Shown one piece after another: positions 1 to 12,065 of a DNA stretch of 64,000 nucleotides. The stretch's first letter is position 1. Each line of letters begins with the position of its first letter. A program made the position numbers and the translations under genes. Source of the DNA: Vitrella brassicaformis CCMP3155 (lineage: Eukaryota; Protista; Chromerida); contig CDMY01000242.1 of assembly GCA_001179505.1 (NCBI GenBank), positions 87,043 to 151,042 of the forward strand, written 5' to 3'. The notes below the pieces were generated by a model that was not told where the DNA came from, made no database searches, and saw nothing but the letters and a program-made list of their open reading frames with translations.

Positions 1-1729
1 CCACAAAGATGCACGTGAGTGCAACACCCTGTGAGTGCATCTGCGTTGACCCCGCTACCTTGACTTTGTTTAGCTCCTCCTTCAGAGTGTTCATCTCAAT
101 CGTGCCGGCGTTGGTCTGACACACACACACACACACACCACACACAGAAAATGCGTATGTGTCCCTCTGCGTGGCTGTCGGTCCGCCCACCTCCTTCTCG
201 TACTCGGTCTGCTCCTTCTTGAGCTCTTCTTCAAGCGCAGCCACGGCATGGGCCGCCTCACTGACGGACGATGGATGGATGGATGTGTGTGTGTGTGTGG
301 GTGTGTGGGTGAGCGGACCGTTCTCTCTTTCTGACTTCATTGAGCATCTCCTGCTGCTTCCGCTCCGTCTCCACCTTTAGGTATTTAGAACACACACACG
401 CATACCCATTGGAGAGACACACCCGTGCCGCGCCCGTGTGAGTCCTTAGCGACCTTGTGGACGAGCGAGGTGAAGCTGCATTCCTCCATGATGTCTCGCT
501 TGGTCTCCTCCAGCCACTCCACCACCCGATGACGCTCAGACAACAGCTTGGCCACGTTGCCTGCATCCACACCTCACTGTCTGTGTCTGTGTCTGTGTCT
601 GTGTCACACAGCGAGCAATCTAATACATATATACATATGTACCGGCAGCAGTGGGGTTCTCCTTCAGTGAGCGGCACAGCGCTTTGTTGGACTCGCGCAG
701 CTGCTGAGACACGCTCTGAGGGGGGGGGGGGGAGAAAGACCCGNNNNNNNNNNNNNNNNNNNNNNNNNNNNNNNNNNNNNNNNNNNNNNNNNNNNNNNNN
801 NNNNNNNNNNNNNNNNNNNNNNNNNNNNNNNNNNNNNNNNNNNNNNNNNNNNNNNNNNNNNNNNNNNNNNNNNNNNNNNNNNNNNNNNNNNNNNNNNNNN
901 NNNNNNNNNNNNNNNNNNNNNNNNNNNNNNNNNNNNNNNNNNNNNNNNNNNNNNNNNNNNNNNNNNNNNNNNNNNNNNNNNNNNNNNNNNNNNNNNNNNN
1001 NNNNNNNNNNNNNNNNNNNNNNNNNNNNNNNNNNNNNNNNNNNGGGGGGGGGGGGGAGAAAGACCCGAGGGAGGGAGGGAGGGAGTACGGCATAGCGACA
1101 CACACACACTGACATTCACAGCCCCAGTCAGTGTCTACCTGTATCTGTGCTTGTGTCTTGTTGAAGAGGTCTTTGGTGGTCAGCCCTCTTGCAAACTGAC
1201 TCCGCGTGACGATCAGCTCCTCGTACTGACAGAACGACACGCACACTATGTCACCCTACAAAGATCTTGCATGTCATCGACTCGACTCATCCATCCACTC
1301 TTGTCAGTCACCTGTTTCTCAAGTGCCTTTTGCTCTGTGAGTATCCTGCTGATCTCGTCGCCCATGAACTGACTCAGCTCGTCACGACGCACCGACGCAC
1401 CACCTGCACACACACACACACAGACAGTCAGATCCCTCCCTCCCCTTCTGTGTGTGTGCTTGTCTGTCCGCACCTGCCCCGGCAGTGCCATTAGCCGGCG
1501 GCCCCGTCCCTGTTGGACTCATCTGCAGCTCAGACATCAGCTGCAGCTTGCTCAACGCCTGCAAACCAGCAGAAACCACATCCCCCTCAGTCTTTTCTCT
1601 TGGGGCCCGGCCGTCTCTCCCTTCCCTCCCGACCTCTTCGATGAGTATCTGTGCCCGCAGAGACTCAATGGGCGTCAGCCGGCCCGCCAGGGAGGGCGAT
1701 GCCCCCGCTGGTGCCGCGCCGGTCGCCAT
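1..1729 (-). CDS. IQCG: Coiled-coil axonemal protein, DRC9/IQCG-like (multi-exon, runs off the left edge)
   Basis: ATG at 1729 (MATGAAPAG...). Spliced exons read SQQLRESNKALCRSLKENPTAAG / NVAKLLSERHRVVEWLEETKRDIMEECSFTSLVHKVA / ETERKQQEMLNEVRKRE / AAHAVAALEEELKKEQTEYEKEV. This matches my recollection of the DRC9 motif 'L.ES.K.LCR.LKENP...N..K...ER'. The IQ motif would lie outside the window. Confidence 0.65.
744..1043. other. Assembly gap of 300 N, probably spurious
   Basis: The same string G12-13-AGAAAGACCCG lies on both sides of the gap (721-743 and 1044-1067), inside an intron. Confidence 0.9.
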
Positions 1730-1962
1730 GGCGCCTTCCCTCAGAATCAGGTCAGGCAAGGGATGTGGTGTCTGTGTTTGGTTTGCTCAGGCGACGGGTA
1801 TTGAGGGGTTCCTGCAGTGGCGACGGGCCTACAAACGTCGCGCCTGTCTGCTGCTCCACAAACGACGGAAAAAGGCAGCTTCTCAAGCCAAGCTTCTTTG
1901 GCGTTGACGCCAATGCTCGGGTTTCAAACCCTGGACCCCAGCCTAACCCAAGCACAGAAGAG

Positions 1963-2519
1963 ATGTTTCTCTCTCGTCGTCTGCTGAAGGTCATCCCTGT
2001 GCCAGAGTTCACAACGGGCAGGAGCGCACAGAGGGTCAGTCGCCACACAGCACAGCACAGCACAGCAAACTACGCAGGCAGACAGGCAGATGCGCTGATC
2101 TCTCTTGTGTGCTGCTGCTGCCCTGTGTGTGTGCGTGTGTATGTGGCACGGGACGGCAGGTCAACATGGCGAACGAGGACCGTGCGCGATTTTTCTACTG
2201 GAACCTGATCTCCATCGGCATCACCGCCCTGCCCATCGTCTACCTCTGCTCGGTGAGTGAGCGAGTCAGGCCGGCCATACACGCACATACCAGATCCATC
2301 CGTTTGTGTGTGCGTGTCGTGTCTGTCGTGTGTGGGCTTGCATGTGTGTTTGTGTGTGTGTGTGGTCTCGTTCAGGGGCGTCACCACTTTTCGAAGGAGG
2401 ACGACGAGACCCTTCGACGGTACGACCCAACCGGCTACATCGGCAAGCCGTTCAAACCGGAGTACAGAGACCTCCACCTTTACATCCCCGAGAGGACGCC
2501 CGCTGCAGTTGAAGCTTAG
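1963..2519 (+). CDS. 102-aa single-pass membrane protein with a mitochondrial-type leader (3 exons)
   Basis: Exons 1963-2034, 2160-2252 and 2376-2519 are all phase 0 with GT-AG. Protein: MFLSRRLLKVIPVPEFTTGRSAQR-VNMANEDRARFFYWNLISIGITALPIVYLCS-GRHHFSKEDDETLRRYDPTGYIGKPFKPEYRDLHLYIPERTPAAVEA*. Confidence 0.75.
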
Positions 2520-3433
2520 GCGGCATGATCACCCACGGATGAGGGAGGGGGCTGTTGGCCACTCTACTAAGGAAGAGCAGGTTGTTCTTTGTTTGTGTGA
2601 GAGAGAGCTGGAGAGGGGCGCACGCTGTGTTGGTGCAATCGTGTGTGGGTGCGGGACATCCGTTCGGGAAATTAGGCGCAGAGATCGATCGATCGATTGA
2701 GCGGTCGGTTATGGACAGAGAAAGTGTGTTGATTGGTGTGCTCGTGCATACGCTGTGTGGATTGACCGACACACACAGAGAGAGAAAGGCCTACTGAGTC
2801 TGTTCTGTTGCGTGGCGTGGCATTGGTTAAGAGCATCAGGTCAGTCAGTCACGCATGTGTGTCTGCCCCTCCTCCACGCACGCATACACACACACACCGA
2901 GCCACCACTCGTCTACGCAAAGTGAGTGCAATCCCATGGATCCGATGCACGGAAGCATTCAGCATTCAGTCGTCACAGAGGCACGTCCGCTTAAACACAC
3001 ACACGCTCAACATAGATCGGAAAAGAGATAGGGACAAGACGCCCGCCCGCCTGGCTTCCACTGCTGCTGCATTGCACTTCTGCATTCGTGTCTGTCTGTC
3101 TGTCTGTCTGTTGGGTGTGCTATCTTAGTGTTACCTCTCTCCGTGTGCGCGCAATTAGATATGTACGTGTGTGTGTGTATATGCCACGTATGTATGTGTG
3201 TATGTGTGTGTGTGTGTGTGCATCTCACCTCTTGGCGGGTCCGTCCGTCCGGCGCTTAAAAACTCCTGCATACAACCGATGGATAGATGGGCGATCGGCC
3301 TGCACCATGCACACACACACACACACACACGCGTCCGCCGCCTCTCCCTCGGTGTGCGAGGTGAGTGCGTGTGTGGCCATATATATAACTCACCGTGTTG
3401 TGCGCCGATCCCTCTGTGTGTCAGTAGGTGTGT

Positions 3434-6400
3434 TCACTGGGGCGGTGCGGTGCCATAGCCCAGCGCATCGCACAGACGCTTCTGGAGATCGCCCTTGTTG
3501 CCCCCCACCAGCATATTGAAGCGCTGATTGACACATAGCCACACCACACCAGGGGCAACCACACAGACACACACGTGTGTATGCGCGTGAGTGTTTCGTT
3601 TGCGTGATCCATGTCGTTCGTCCGTTTACCCTGCAGTGATCCTTGAGCTCGGTGACCTGACACCGCCCCCCACGCACACACACAAGGTGTATGTATGTCT
3701 GTCTGCGCAGTGCAGGTGTGACCGTGTTGTCTGTCTCCCTCCCTACCGACCTTCATGTCCATGATTTGTTCCTTGGTCGGCCTTTCAGCGTCCTCGGGGA
3801 TCACAGGCACACCACGGCTGCACCACCGACCCACACACACAAACACACAACACACAGCAGCAGGATGCCACCAAGCCATCAACGAACACTCTCTCACTCA
3901 CTGACCTGCTGCCCTGGCTGCCCTGGCTCTTGCGCCCCGGTGAAGACGTGCGATGCGACGGCTCGTCCTCCTTGTCACCACCAACTCCATCAGCCGTGCT
4001 CTTGGCCGCCGCATCCACCTTCTCGACGGGTGGCATCGGGCTTTCCTTCTCCTTCTGCTGCTCCGTGACGGTCTCCTCTTTGAGGGTCTCCTGCTGCTGC
4101 TGCTGCTGCTGTGGTGCCTGGTTGGGGAGTCCCTCTTGAGCTGTGGCCTCCATGGGCTTGGGGGAAACCTCCTTCTGTGTCTGTGTGGGGGCCGGCTGCT
4201 CAGCGGCTGCAGCAGGAGGGGCCGGAGGAGGCTGCTTGTCTTCATCCATGGGAGCTGGTGCTGGTGCTGGTGGTGGCTGCTGCTGCTGCTTGTCTTTGTC
4301 CTTTTCGCCAATCTCATTCTCGACATGTGGTGGCTGCTGCTGCTGCTGCTGCTGCTCTTGCTGGGTGTCCATGGGCGCGGGAGGGGGCTGCTGACCAGAG
4401 AGAGAGACACACACAGACGAGTGCGTGAGCGTGTGTGTGTGTGTATGTGTGTGTGTATGTGTGTGTGTGTGTGTGTGTGCTGACCTCCTCTGGTTTGCCC
4501 TCGCCCATCTGGGTGTCCCCCTCCTTGTGCTGCTGCCCCTCTACCTCCATCGGCGCCTCCTCCTGCACTGCTGTCTCCCTGGGCTGCTGCTGGTCCTGCT
4601 GGTCTTGCTCAGTGGCGGCCATTCTGTCGTCCTCGGTCTTCATCTCGACGACGCCCTCCTTCTTGTCCTCACCCTGCACACACACATCACGTATCGTACG
4701 TGTGGTGTGCATCATGTGTGTGTGCGGCTGGGCGGGGCGCGGACCTTTTTGTTGTCAGGTTCGAAGGTGGGCTCCTCGACCCGCACCATGCGCACATCGC
4801 CCTCCTCCTGCACACACGACACGACACGACACACAAGGCACAACAAGCATGAGTGTGCGATGCGACCTATCGGCGGGCGTCGTGTGTCAGTCAAATCCAC
4901 CTGGCCGTTTGATTGTTCGCCCTCCTCCATGGTCTCATCGCCTGCCGCTGCCGCTGCTGCCGCACGTGGTGAGGGAGCGGGACCTCCGTATGTCTCCAAC
5001 TCTGCACACACGTGTATGTGCACATAGAGGTGTGTGTTGCGTGGACTCATCCACACCAGACGGCACCCATTTCTCTCTGTCTGTCTTGGTGAGGCGCCCC
5101 CCCCTCCCCCGGCGCAACATACCCGACTCGTCAATCTGCTTCAAAGCCTCCAGCTTGCGCTGCACACACACACACACACACACGCACAAACAGGTGTGGA
5201 TGGATGGATGGACATCTGCCTCCCCCTCACTCTCTCACCTCTATGGCCATCTTTGTGTCGGTGAGTAGCCGCTCTGTGACGCCGTTGTGCTTGGCCGGCA
5301 GGTAGAAGATCGTCGGCTGGGCCCTGTGGACACACACATGGATGGATGGATGGATGGATGGACACACACACAGACGGATGCACCAGGGTGCGGCGCTCGT
5401 ATGTGTGGTGTGGTGTGGTGTGAGGTGGTGACCGTGTCTTGATGAAGTTGCGCATCTTGCTGAAGTGGATGCTCAGTTTCTCGTTCTGACACACCAGCAA
5501 GCATCCGACACGGTCAAGAGGGCTGGGGTGGGCCTCCATCGGTGTGTGGTGGTGAGGGGACGGGGCTCACCCTCAGCTCGAGCTCCTTCTTGTGCAGCTC
5601 GCGGGCCAGCTCGCTCAAACGCTGCTGGTCGCTCGCACGACGATCCTGTGTTTCCGCACACACATGACACGACACACAAGCCTTGGTCCCACGTGCCCTA
5701 TGGTGTGTGTGTGGATATCTACCGTGTTGCCTGGTTTACCTCTGCCTCCTTCCTGGCGTTTTCCTTGAGTGTGAGCTCCTGCGTGTGCGCCTTGGCCACG
5801 GCCTTCTCCTCCAGCATGCGGTGACGCGCCATCTACAGGAGATATTCCGACACCGACGTGTACGTGTGTGTGTGCGTGTGCGTATCTGTGTGTGTGGGGC
5901 TGTGGGGCGGGGGAGGTGCTGACTGACCGCGTCGGACTCCTTCTCGGTCTCGAGCGCGTCCTTGGCCTTCTTCAAATGTCCTGAAGCACAGCGACACACA
6001 GACACACCACAGGCGGACAGATGTACATCGAAATGTGTGTGTGTGTGTGCGTGTGTGTGTGGTTCATACCCATGAGCCCTGCAAACATGTTTCGGTTCCG
6101 CTTCTTGAGCTTGTCGTCCATCTGCACCTTCGGCTGCACCACACAGACCGACACACACACACACACACACAGGGAGGGAGAGGGAGAGGGAGAGGGAGGG
6201 ATGAGGGGCAAGTGTGTGTGTGTGTGGGATGAGGCTCATCACCCGTTCTGCGACGGGTGGTTCGTCCCTGCCATTGCGATCGCCCTGACATCGACACACA
6301 GAGAGCACGTCAGTCAGTCACATTCGTCGTCTGTCACTCATTGTCCGCGTGTGGTGTGATGTGATGTGATGTGTGTATGTTCCCACCTGTGGCTTGGGGG

Positions 6401-7196
6401 GAAGCGACACCGCTGCAGACATGAGGCGTACCTTGGCGTGCGGGCCGTCCTCGTCAAAGTCCTTAAGCACACACACACACACACACACAAATCATAGCAA
6501 GGATGGATGGATGGATCCACCGGCGTGTGTGTGAACAGGCACGCACCCTGCTTCTCTTGTCGCGCATGCTGGGCAGCGACGTGGTCGACAGCTCGCCCAT
6601 ATCACGCGGCGTCACCGTCAGCGGAGGCAAACCTGACACAGCACACAGACATACAGACATACACACAGACAGACATGCATCGCGATCGTGCCGTTCTCGT
6701 CACTGGCTCACGCACCCTCAGTCGAGCGTCCTCTCCCCACTGCAGAGAGCGGCAGCCGACCTGACACACCTGACACACAACACCCATACACACGCACACC
6801 CACTTCCACACGAGAGACACCGCATGTGCCTCACATCGTGTCCGGACTGCCAGCCTGCCTGACTGACCGGCATTGGGTCGTTTGATCCGTCTCTCCAGCT
6901 CCCGCTTCTCATTCACCAGTGCCCGCAGCTCGTTCTCCATGTCACCCACACGCGACGACGGCGCACTGCCGCCACCACCGCCGCCTGGACGCTCACGGTC
7001 CCGATTATGATCTCTCGTGAGGCCTCTATCTCGCTCTCTGTCTCTATCCCGGTCTCGTGGCGAGTAGGAAGGGCCTGCACGGTCCGCTGACACACAGAGA
7101 GAAGAAAGGGACAGCGGATGCAGGCAGGCAGGCCTGAAGGCGTGGCTCTGTCTTGGTTCCGTCTGTGTGGACGCATCAGCCCAGCTCACCCATCAT
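3434..7196 (-). CDS. PNN: Pinin/SDK/MemA-family splicing factor with Q/E/P-rich tail and C-terminal SAP domain
   Basis: Micro first exon ATGATGG|GT at 7196-7190 joins to ADRAGPSY; then RD/RE dipeptides. Pinin hallmarks: KKRNRNMFAGLMGHLKKAK and HFSKMRNFIKT...IFYLPAKHN. The last exons give EQIMDMK|VTELKDHCR|RFNMLVGGNKGDLQKRLCDALGYGTAPPQ* (SAP consensus). Confidence 0.85.
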
Positions 7197-7355
7197 GCGG
7201 CGGTCGTCATCTCTGTGTGGAGGTCCTCTGTCGCCGCCACGCTCACGATAATCACGCTCCGACATCCTTCCCGCGCATATTTGTTACACGGAAAAGACCG
7301 CCCTAAAACCATCGCTCCTTTCTTCCCTGAGAGGCAGCAGGTCGAGAACGGTGCC

Positions 7356-7876
7356 ATGCCCTTGACTGAGCCTCGTATTGCCGTCGACGTTTTGGGCACC
7401 GGATACACAATGAGTCTGGGCGTCGACGAGAACACCACAGCCAGGGACCTGATCAGGAAGGTCGGCGGACGGACACAACGGAGATGCAGCACAGAGCTCT
7501 GTGCGTCCGTCTCTGAGCGTGTGTCGTGTTCTCCGCGTGCAGATCCACACATTCACAAGGCAACACTGTCCAGAGAGGCACTTCGAGATGGATCTCTATG
7601 TCAACATAAGGCCGGTGCTGCACGAGGACATCAAAATCAAGGACAACTGGTGAGTGACAGACAGCTGTGGTGGCACATACATACAGAAAAACACCACGAC
7701 GGCAGGACAGGAGCGTATGTGTGTGCGTTTCCTGTCTGTCTGTCTGCCTCAGCGAGGATACGGATAAATCTATGGCGGTCCCTCGCACGACAACGTCAGC
7801 CACGCTGGTGCCCTCTCGGCAGTGGACGCGTTGGCGGCGGACGTACACGCCTTTGGGCGAGGATGAGTCGAGATGA
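7356..7876 (+). CDS. Divergent ubiquitin-like (beta-grasp) protein, ~111 aa, 3 exons
   Basis: Exons 7356-7460, 7543-7649 and 7753-7876 are in phase. IAVDVLGTGYTMSLGVDENTTARDLIRKI...MDLYVNIRPVLHEDIKIKDN follows the ubiquitin pattern. No terminal GG. Confidence 0.6.
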
Positions 7877-8713
7877 AGGAGTGGGACCGGCGCAGCTGTG
7901 ACCGGCCGCGTGGGAGTGAGGACACTGCCTTATGCCCGAGTCACTCGCCCATGCAGACACACAAACAGACAGACGGGGATGGGTACTCTTCTCTGTACAA
8001 GGGCTGGCTGACTGACTGACTGGCTGACTGACAAGGGGGGATGCTCAGTGCACCATAGAGTAGAGTGTGCGCATGGCATGCCCATGTGCTCTGTGACGTT
8101 TCCCTTTGACTGAGGCGCCAAGTAGTTTTTATTCGGTTCGTTCACGGGCTTTCTTTCTGCCCCCAATGCTTGCTTTATCGTGTGGGTGTATGGTGTGGTA
8201 TGCGTGTCGGCTTGGCTTTATTGGATTGCATCCATCAGACAGACACAGAAAGACCATTGCTGATGTTAAGTGCATCTATCTATGCATCCATCCATCCGTG
8301 AATGCATTTCAAGGACGTGTGTGCGATGCGCACGGATGGACACCATATACCCACAGGCAGCATGCATTCTGTCACCAGCAACGTCCCGCGTTCCGTTCAG
8401 CAGCGTACACATACATGGGGCGCTCCTTCGTGTGTGAGGGTGCGACGGGCGGGTGAGTGAATGAGCCTGCTGCTGGTTGCTGGCCAGCCGATTCAGCCAC
8501 CCGCCCGTGGCATCAAGAGATATGCGGTGGCCCGATGGCCGCTCCAGCCATGCGCACCGCGGCAGACTCACCCACACACACGTAGCTATATACAAGTAGG
8601 AAAAGAAGCGAGATAAAGAGCCGTCAGTCGTTGCTCTCTCTACCGTCCTAGCTATCCATCCTAATCAAACCCGTCATGTCATACCCGTCCGCTCACCCAC
8701 CCCACCCACCCAT

Positions 8714-8764
8714 AGAGTGAGCGTGAGGGAAGAGTGAGCGTGAGGGAAGAGTGAGCGTGAGGGA
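8714..8764. repeat. 17-bp minisatellite x3 (AGAGTGAGCGTGAGGGA)
   Basis: Three exact tandem copies read directly. Confidence 0.9.
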
Positions 8765-8845
8765 GGGAGTCGATCCCCTATGCTCTAGCGGGTGGCATCA
8801 TATATGTAGACGAATGCACGCAAACACCATCCTCCTCTCCTGCGC

Positions 8846-8881
<36 letters not shown>

Positions 8882-8959
8882 GACATACACACACAGTCCG
8901 TCGACCAATTAATTGATGGAGAGCCTGCCTTCACCTGTCTGTCACTTCCTTCTTGTGCT

Positions 8960-9588
8960 TCATGCTGCGGGAGCTGCAAAGAGTATCATGCACACTCCCA
9001 CAGCCGCCACCCCGAGCGCAGTGCCGACGACACACACTCCACACACCGCGAGCATCGTCCCCAAGGCCTGGCAAAGGCAACAACGATGGAGGCCGATTGG
9101 AGGGCGCGGAACAGACGAATGAGCGAAAGGTGCGGCCATGACTGACCTGGATAGCCATGTTGTCCGTGGTGGAGGGCAGGGTCGGAGCGCCGGGGGAGCT
9201 GACGGGGGTGGGCCACGGCTCGGCCACGAGGGCAAACACATCCGAATCCTTACTGCAAGAAAGGAACACACAAGGTCGACCACATGTGCACGCATCTTGA
9301 GTTGTCTGACTTGCCTCGTGCTCGTGATGATCTCAGTTTCGTCCACAATCTCGCCATTGCGCGTCAGGTGCTTCACCGTCACTCTCAAAGCCTGGTTCAG
9401 CTGCACTCAGACACACAGCGAACACTCACTCTCACAGACACACAGAGGCAGAGTCTCTGCGTGCAGATGCACACCTCTTGGATGTACTGCTTGGCCGTCT
9501 TTCGGTCGTCAACGGGCAGCAGGATGGCCAGCCCTGGGACGCCGGTGGCCTCACCCGCGCGAAGCCTCAACATCTGGGTGACCGGCAT
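8960..9588 (-). CDS. Ubiquitin-like domain + Pro/Ser/Thr linker + C-terminal membrane anchor, 137 aa, 4 exons
   Basis: Exons 9588-9475, 9400-9315, 9252-9147 and 9067-8960; the second intron is GC-AG. Protein: MPVTQML...LLPVDDRKTAKQYIQE-LNQALRVTVKHLTRNGEIVDETEIITSTSKDSDVFALVAEPWPTPVSSPGAPTLPSTTDNMAIQ-ALGTMLAVCGVCVVGTALGVAAVGVCMILFAAPAA*. Confidence 0.65.
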
Positions 9589-9802
9589 GGTGGGGAAGCT
9601 GCTGGGGTAGAAAGATGGTGTCGAGATTCGTCTGTCTGCGAAGGTGGCGTGCCCGCCGCTTACCAACACAAGACAGGCGCATCTCACAGCTGAGCTTGCA
9701 GATGATTCCGATCCCTCCTTTTCTTTCTGTGAGTGTATCTGGCGGCAGATCTGTGAAGACTTGAGGCGAAACTGTCGATAGATACCTTGACGGCCGCTTC
9801 CG

Positions 9803-11351
9803 ATGAGAAAGCTGAAAGAGAAGGTGCGGAGAGAGATGAATGTGCACACACACGGGCCATGACACAGGGCAGACAGACCTACGCACATCTGACGACCGAA
9901 CAACTTATTCAGATCACTTTGTGTCTGTCCATCAGGAGCCCTTGTCGTCAGAGCATGACGATGGCGAGTCGGCGGCTGTGGATGGATCCCAGCACGACTA
10001 CGGTGCCGAGGCTGCTGCCAACGCCGAGATTGCAATGGCTGTCCTCAACAACGGCACCGGCGATGAATGGTCGGCACACTCATACGTCACACATCGTCGG
10101 TTGGTGAAGCGGTCTCTCTCTCCTCGTGTGTGCATCTCATCTGCAGGAGTGGTGTGGGTGTGGGTGTGGGAAGTGCTATGAGGCCCGCACACAGGGTGGA
10201 GAAGAAAACGAGAGGCTATGACGACAGGGACCTCGGCTTCCATCCCAGGTGCGCGTGGGGGGGCTCCCAAACACACATGCGATGCGGTGCGTTCTCACCA
10301 TCTCTCGTGTGAATGTGTGTGCGTGTGTTGGTGAAGGTACGACCCCCTCAAGGCCGACTCGCGTCAGTATCTGCTGCACCCCACTCCTTCTGCTTCTCCT
10401 GCCGCTGCTGATGCTGCTCAGCAGCAGCACAAGGAGCCGAAAGCCAAGAAGAGAAAGACCAAAGCGAAGAAGGAACAGGATGATGAACCGATACAACACG
10501 CCGACAAGGGCAACGAATCGACAGAGGTGAGTATGGGTCCATCCATCCGTCCATGTGCCGTCGACTCTCGACAATACTTGGCGTGGTGTGCATTGCATTC
10601 ATACGTGCAGCAAGAGGCATTGGCGCCGGCACCACCAGACGCACAAGCAGCAGTGGCAGCAGCGGACACGGCCCACGTCCGTCTGGAGGTGCATCCCCTC
10701 TTCGCCTCCATGTTCAGAAAGGCCAACCAACCACACACACAGGACGACCAGCAGACAGGTACGCATACGCACATCCGCATAGGCACCTCCTCTCACTGAT
10801 GCGTGTGCCCGTTGTGTGTGCAGCAGGTGATCTGAAGCAGCAGCAGGGAGCACCACGACGGCAGAAGGCCTCCCGAGAGAAGGGCGACACACAGACGCAG
10901 CCATCAGCTGCAGCTGGGTCGGGTGGCGAGCTGCAGTGGGCGGCATCCGTGTTGGGCGAGGGGGTGCTCGACGATGCTAAGGGCGAGAAACCCAAGAAAA
11001 GCCGGCACAAGAAGCCTCCTTCAGACGGGAAGAACGCTCTCACAGGTGGGCAAGGGCAGCGCCACCACCCATCCACACGCCCCTTCATCCATCCATCTGT
11101 CGGCATGATGAATGAATTGGTGTGCAGGTCGCTGGGGGTGCGCGGACCCCCCTCCCTGCCCAGTCGGCCCCCTCAACTGTCGGCCCTTCTGGCGGACTGA
11201 GAGCTTAGATGCAGTGGAGGCCCAGTGGATGGCGCGGCGCCGGGCACTCACGGCCGACTATAAGTCGAAACACAAACAGGCGCTGAGGAGCCAGAGGAAC
11301 AGGGGCAAGGCTGGTGGTGGTCGTGGTGGTGGTGGTGTTGAGCCCGACTGA
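9803..11351 (+). CDS. NOL8/Nop8-like nucleolar protein (C-terminal motifs only; no RRM seen)
   Basis: Exons give MRKLKEK|EPLSSEH..., RYDPLKADSRQYLL, and terminal RPFWRTESLDAVEAQWMARRRALTADYKSKHKQALRSQR. These recall the NOL8 YDP motif and FWR..W.AR..L..D..KHK.A.R C-terminus. Internal exon bounds are approximate. Confidence 0.5.
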
Positions 11352-11864
11352 CCCGAGTGTGAAAGAGTGTGGGGATGTTCCATGGGGGCATCGGTGGTTC
11401 ATGAGAGTGACCAACAGACACACACACACACACGGATTATGCATGTGTGTATGGGTGGGTTGTCTGTCGGAAGTGAGTGATGGATCGATTGGCTGGCTGT
11501 ACAAGGGTTAATGTATGTATGTATGCAAACGTCATCAACGGCACAGACAGACAGAGGCATTGGTCATGTCATGGCCTCATGGTCACATCTGTGTCATGCA
11601 GTCAATGACTACATAGAGAGAGTGTCTTGTGGTGTGGGTGGGATGATGCCGCGCACTGGTCCGTCATCGATCATCTAACGTATCAGCTGCACTGCAAACA
11701 CATCGCAACCCACAAATACACAAAGGGGCCGTCGCTCCTGCCTTTCAATCTCACCTCACCTGTGTTGTGTTGTGCGTGGCGACGTGGTGCTGTATTGTCG
11801 AATCAGCCACTGCCCACCTGCACACATACCATACAGGGGCGAGCATAGCGTACCCGGTTCCGCG

Positions 11865-11895
<31 letters not shown>

Positions 11896-11942
11896 ACAGC
11901 CACGCATGAGTGTGTCGTGTGCCCGCCCCGCCACGCCCCGCC

Positions 11943-12065
11943 TCACCCACCCACCTGCCACACCTCCATCTCGGTGCATGTGAAGGTGGACGTCTGCGCC
12001 AGTGTGCCGCTGCTCTTCTTATTGAATCTCCCCTTGAAGCCCTCCGACAGCTCATCCCTCTCGAT
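11943..12065 (-). pseudogene. C-terminal fragment of a TLDc domain (3' half of an interrupted exon)
   Basis: IERDELSEGFKGRFNKKSSGTLAQTSTFTCTEMEVWQVGG* aligns with the TLDc ends of the paralogs in this window. Confidence 0.85.

Noticed and set aside
159-6900. Many ORF-track entries rich in CVCV, HTHT, DGWM (also throughout the window)
   Set aside because: They are translations of intronic microsatellites, not metal-binding proteins.
8714-8764. Short direct repeats as a CRISPR-like array (also 17401-17533 and 52747-52803)
   Set aside because: No unique spacers of regular length, two or three units only, eukaryotic context.
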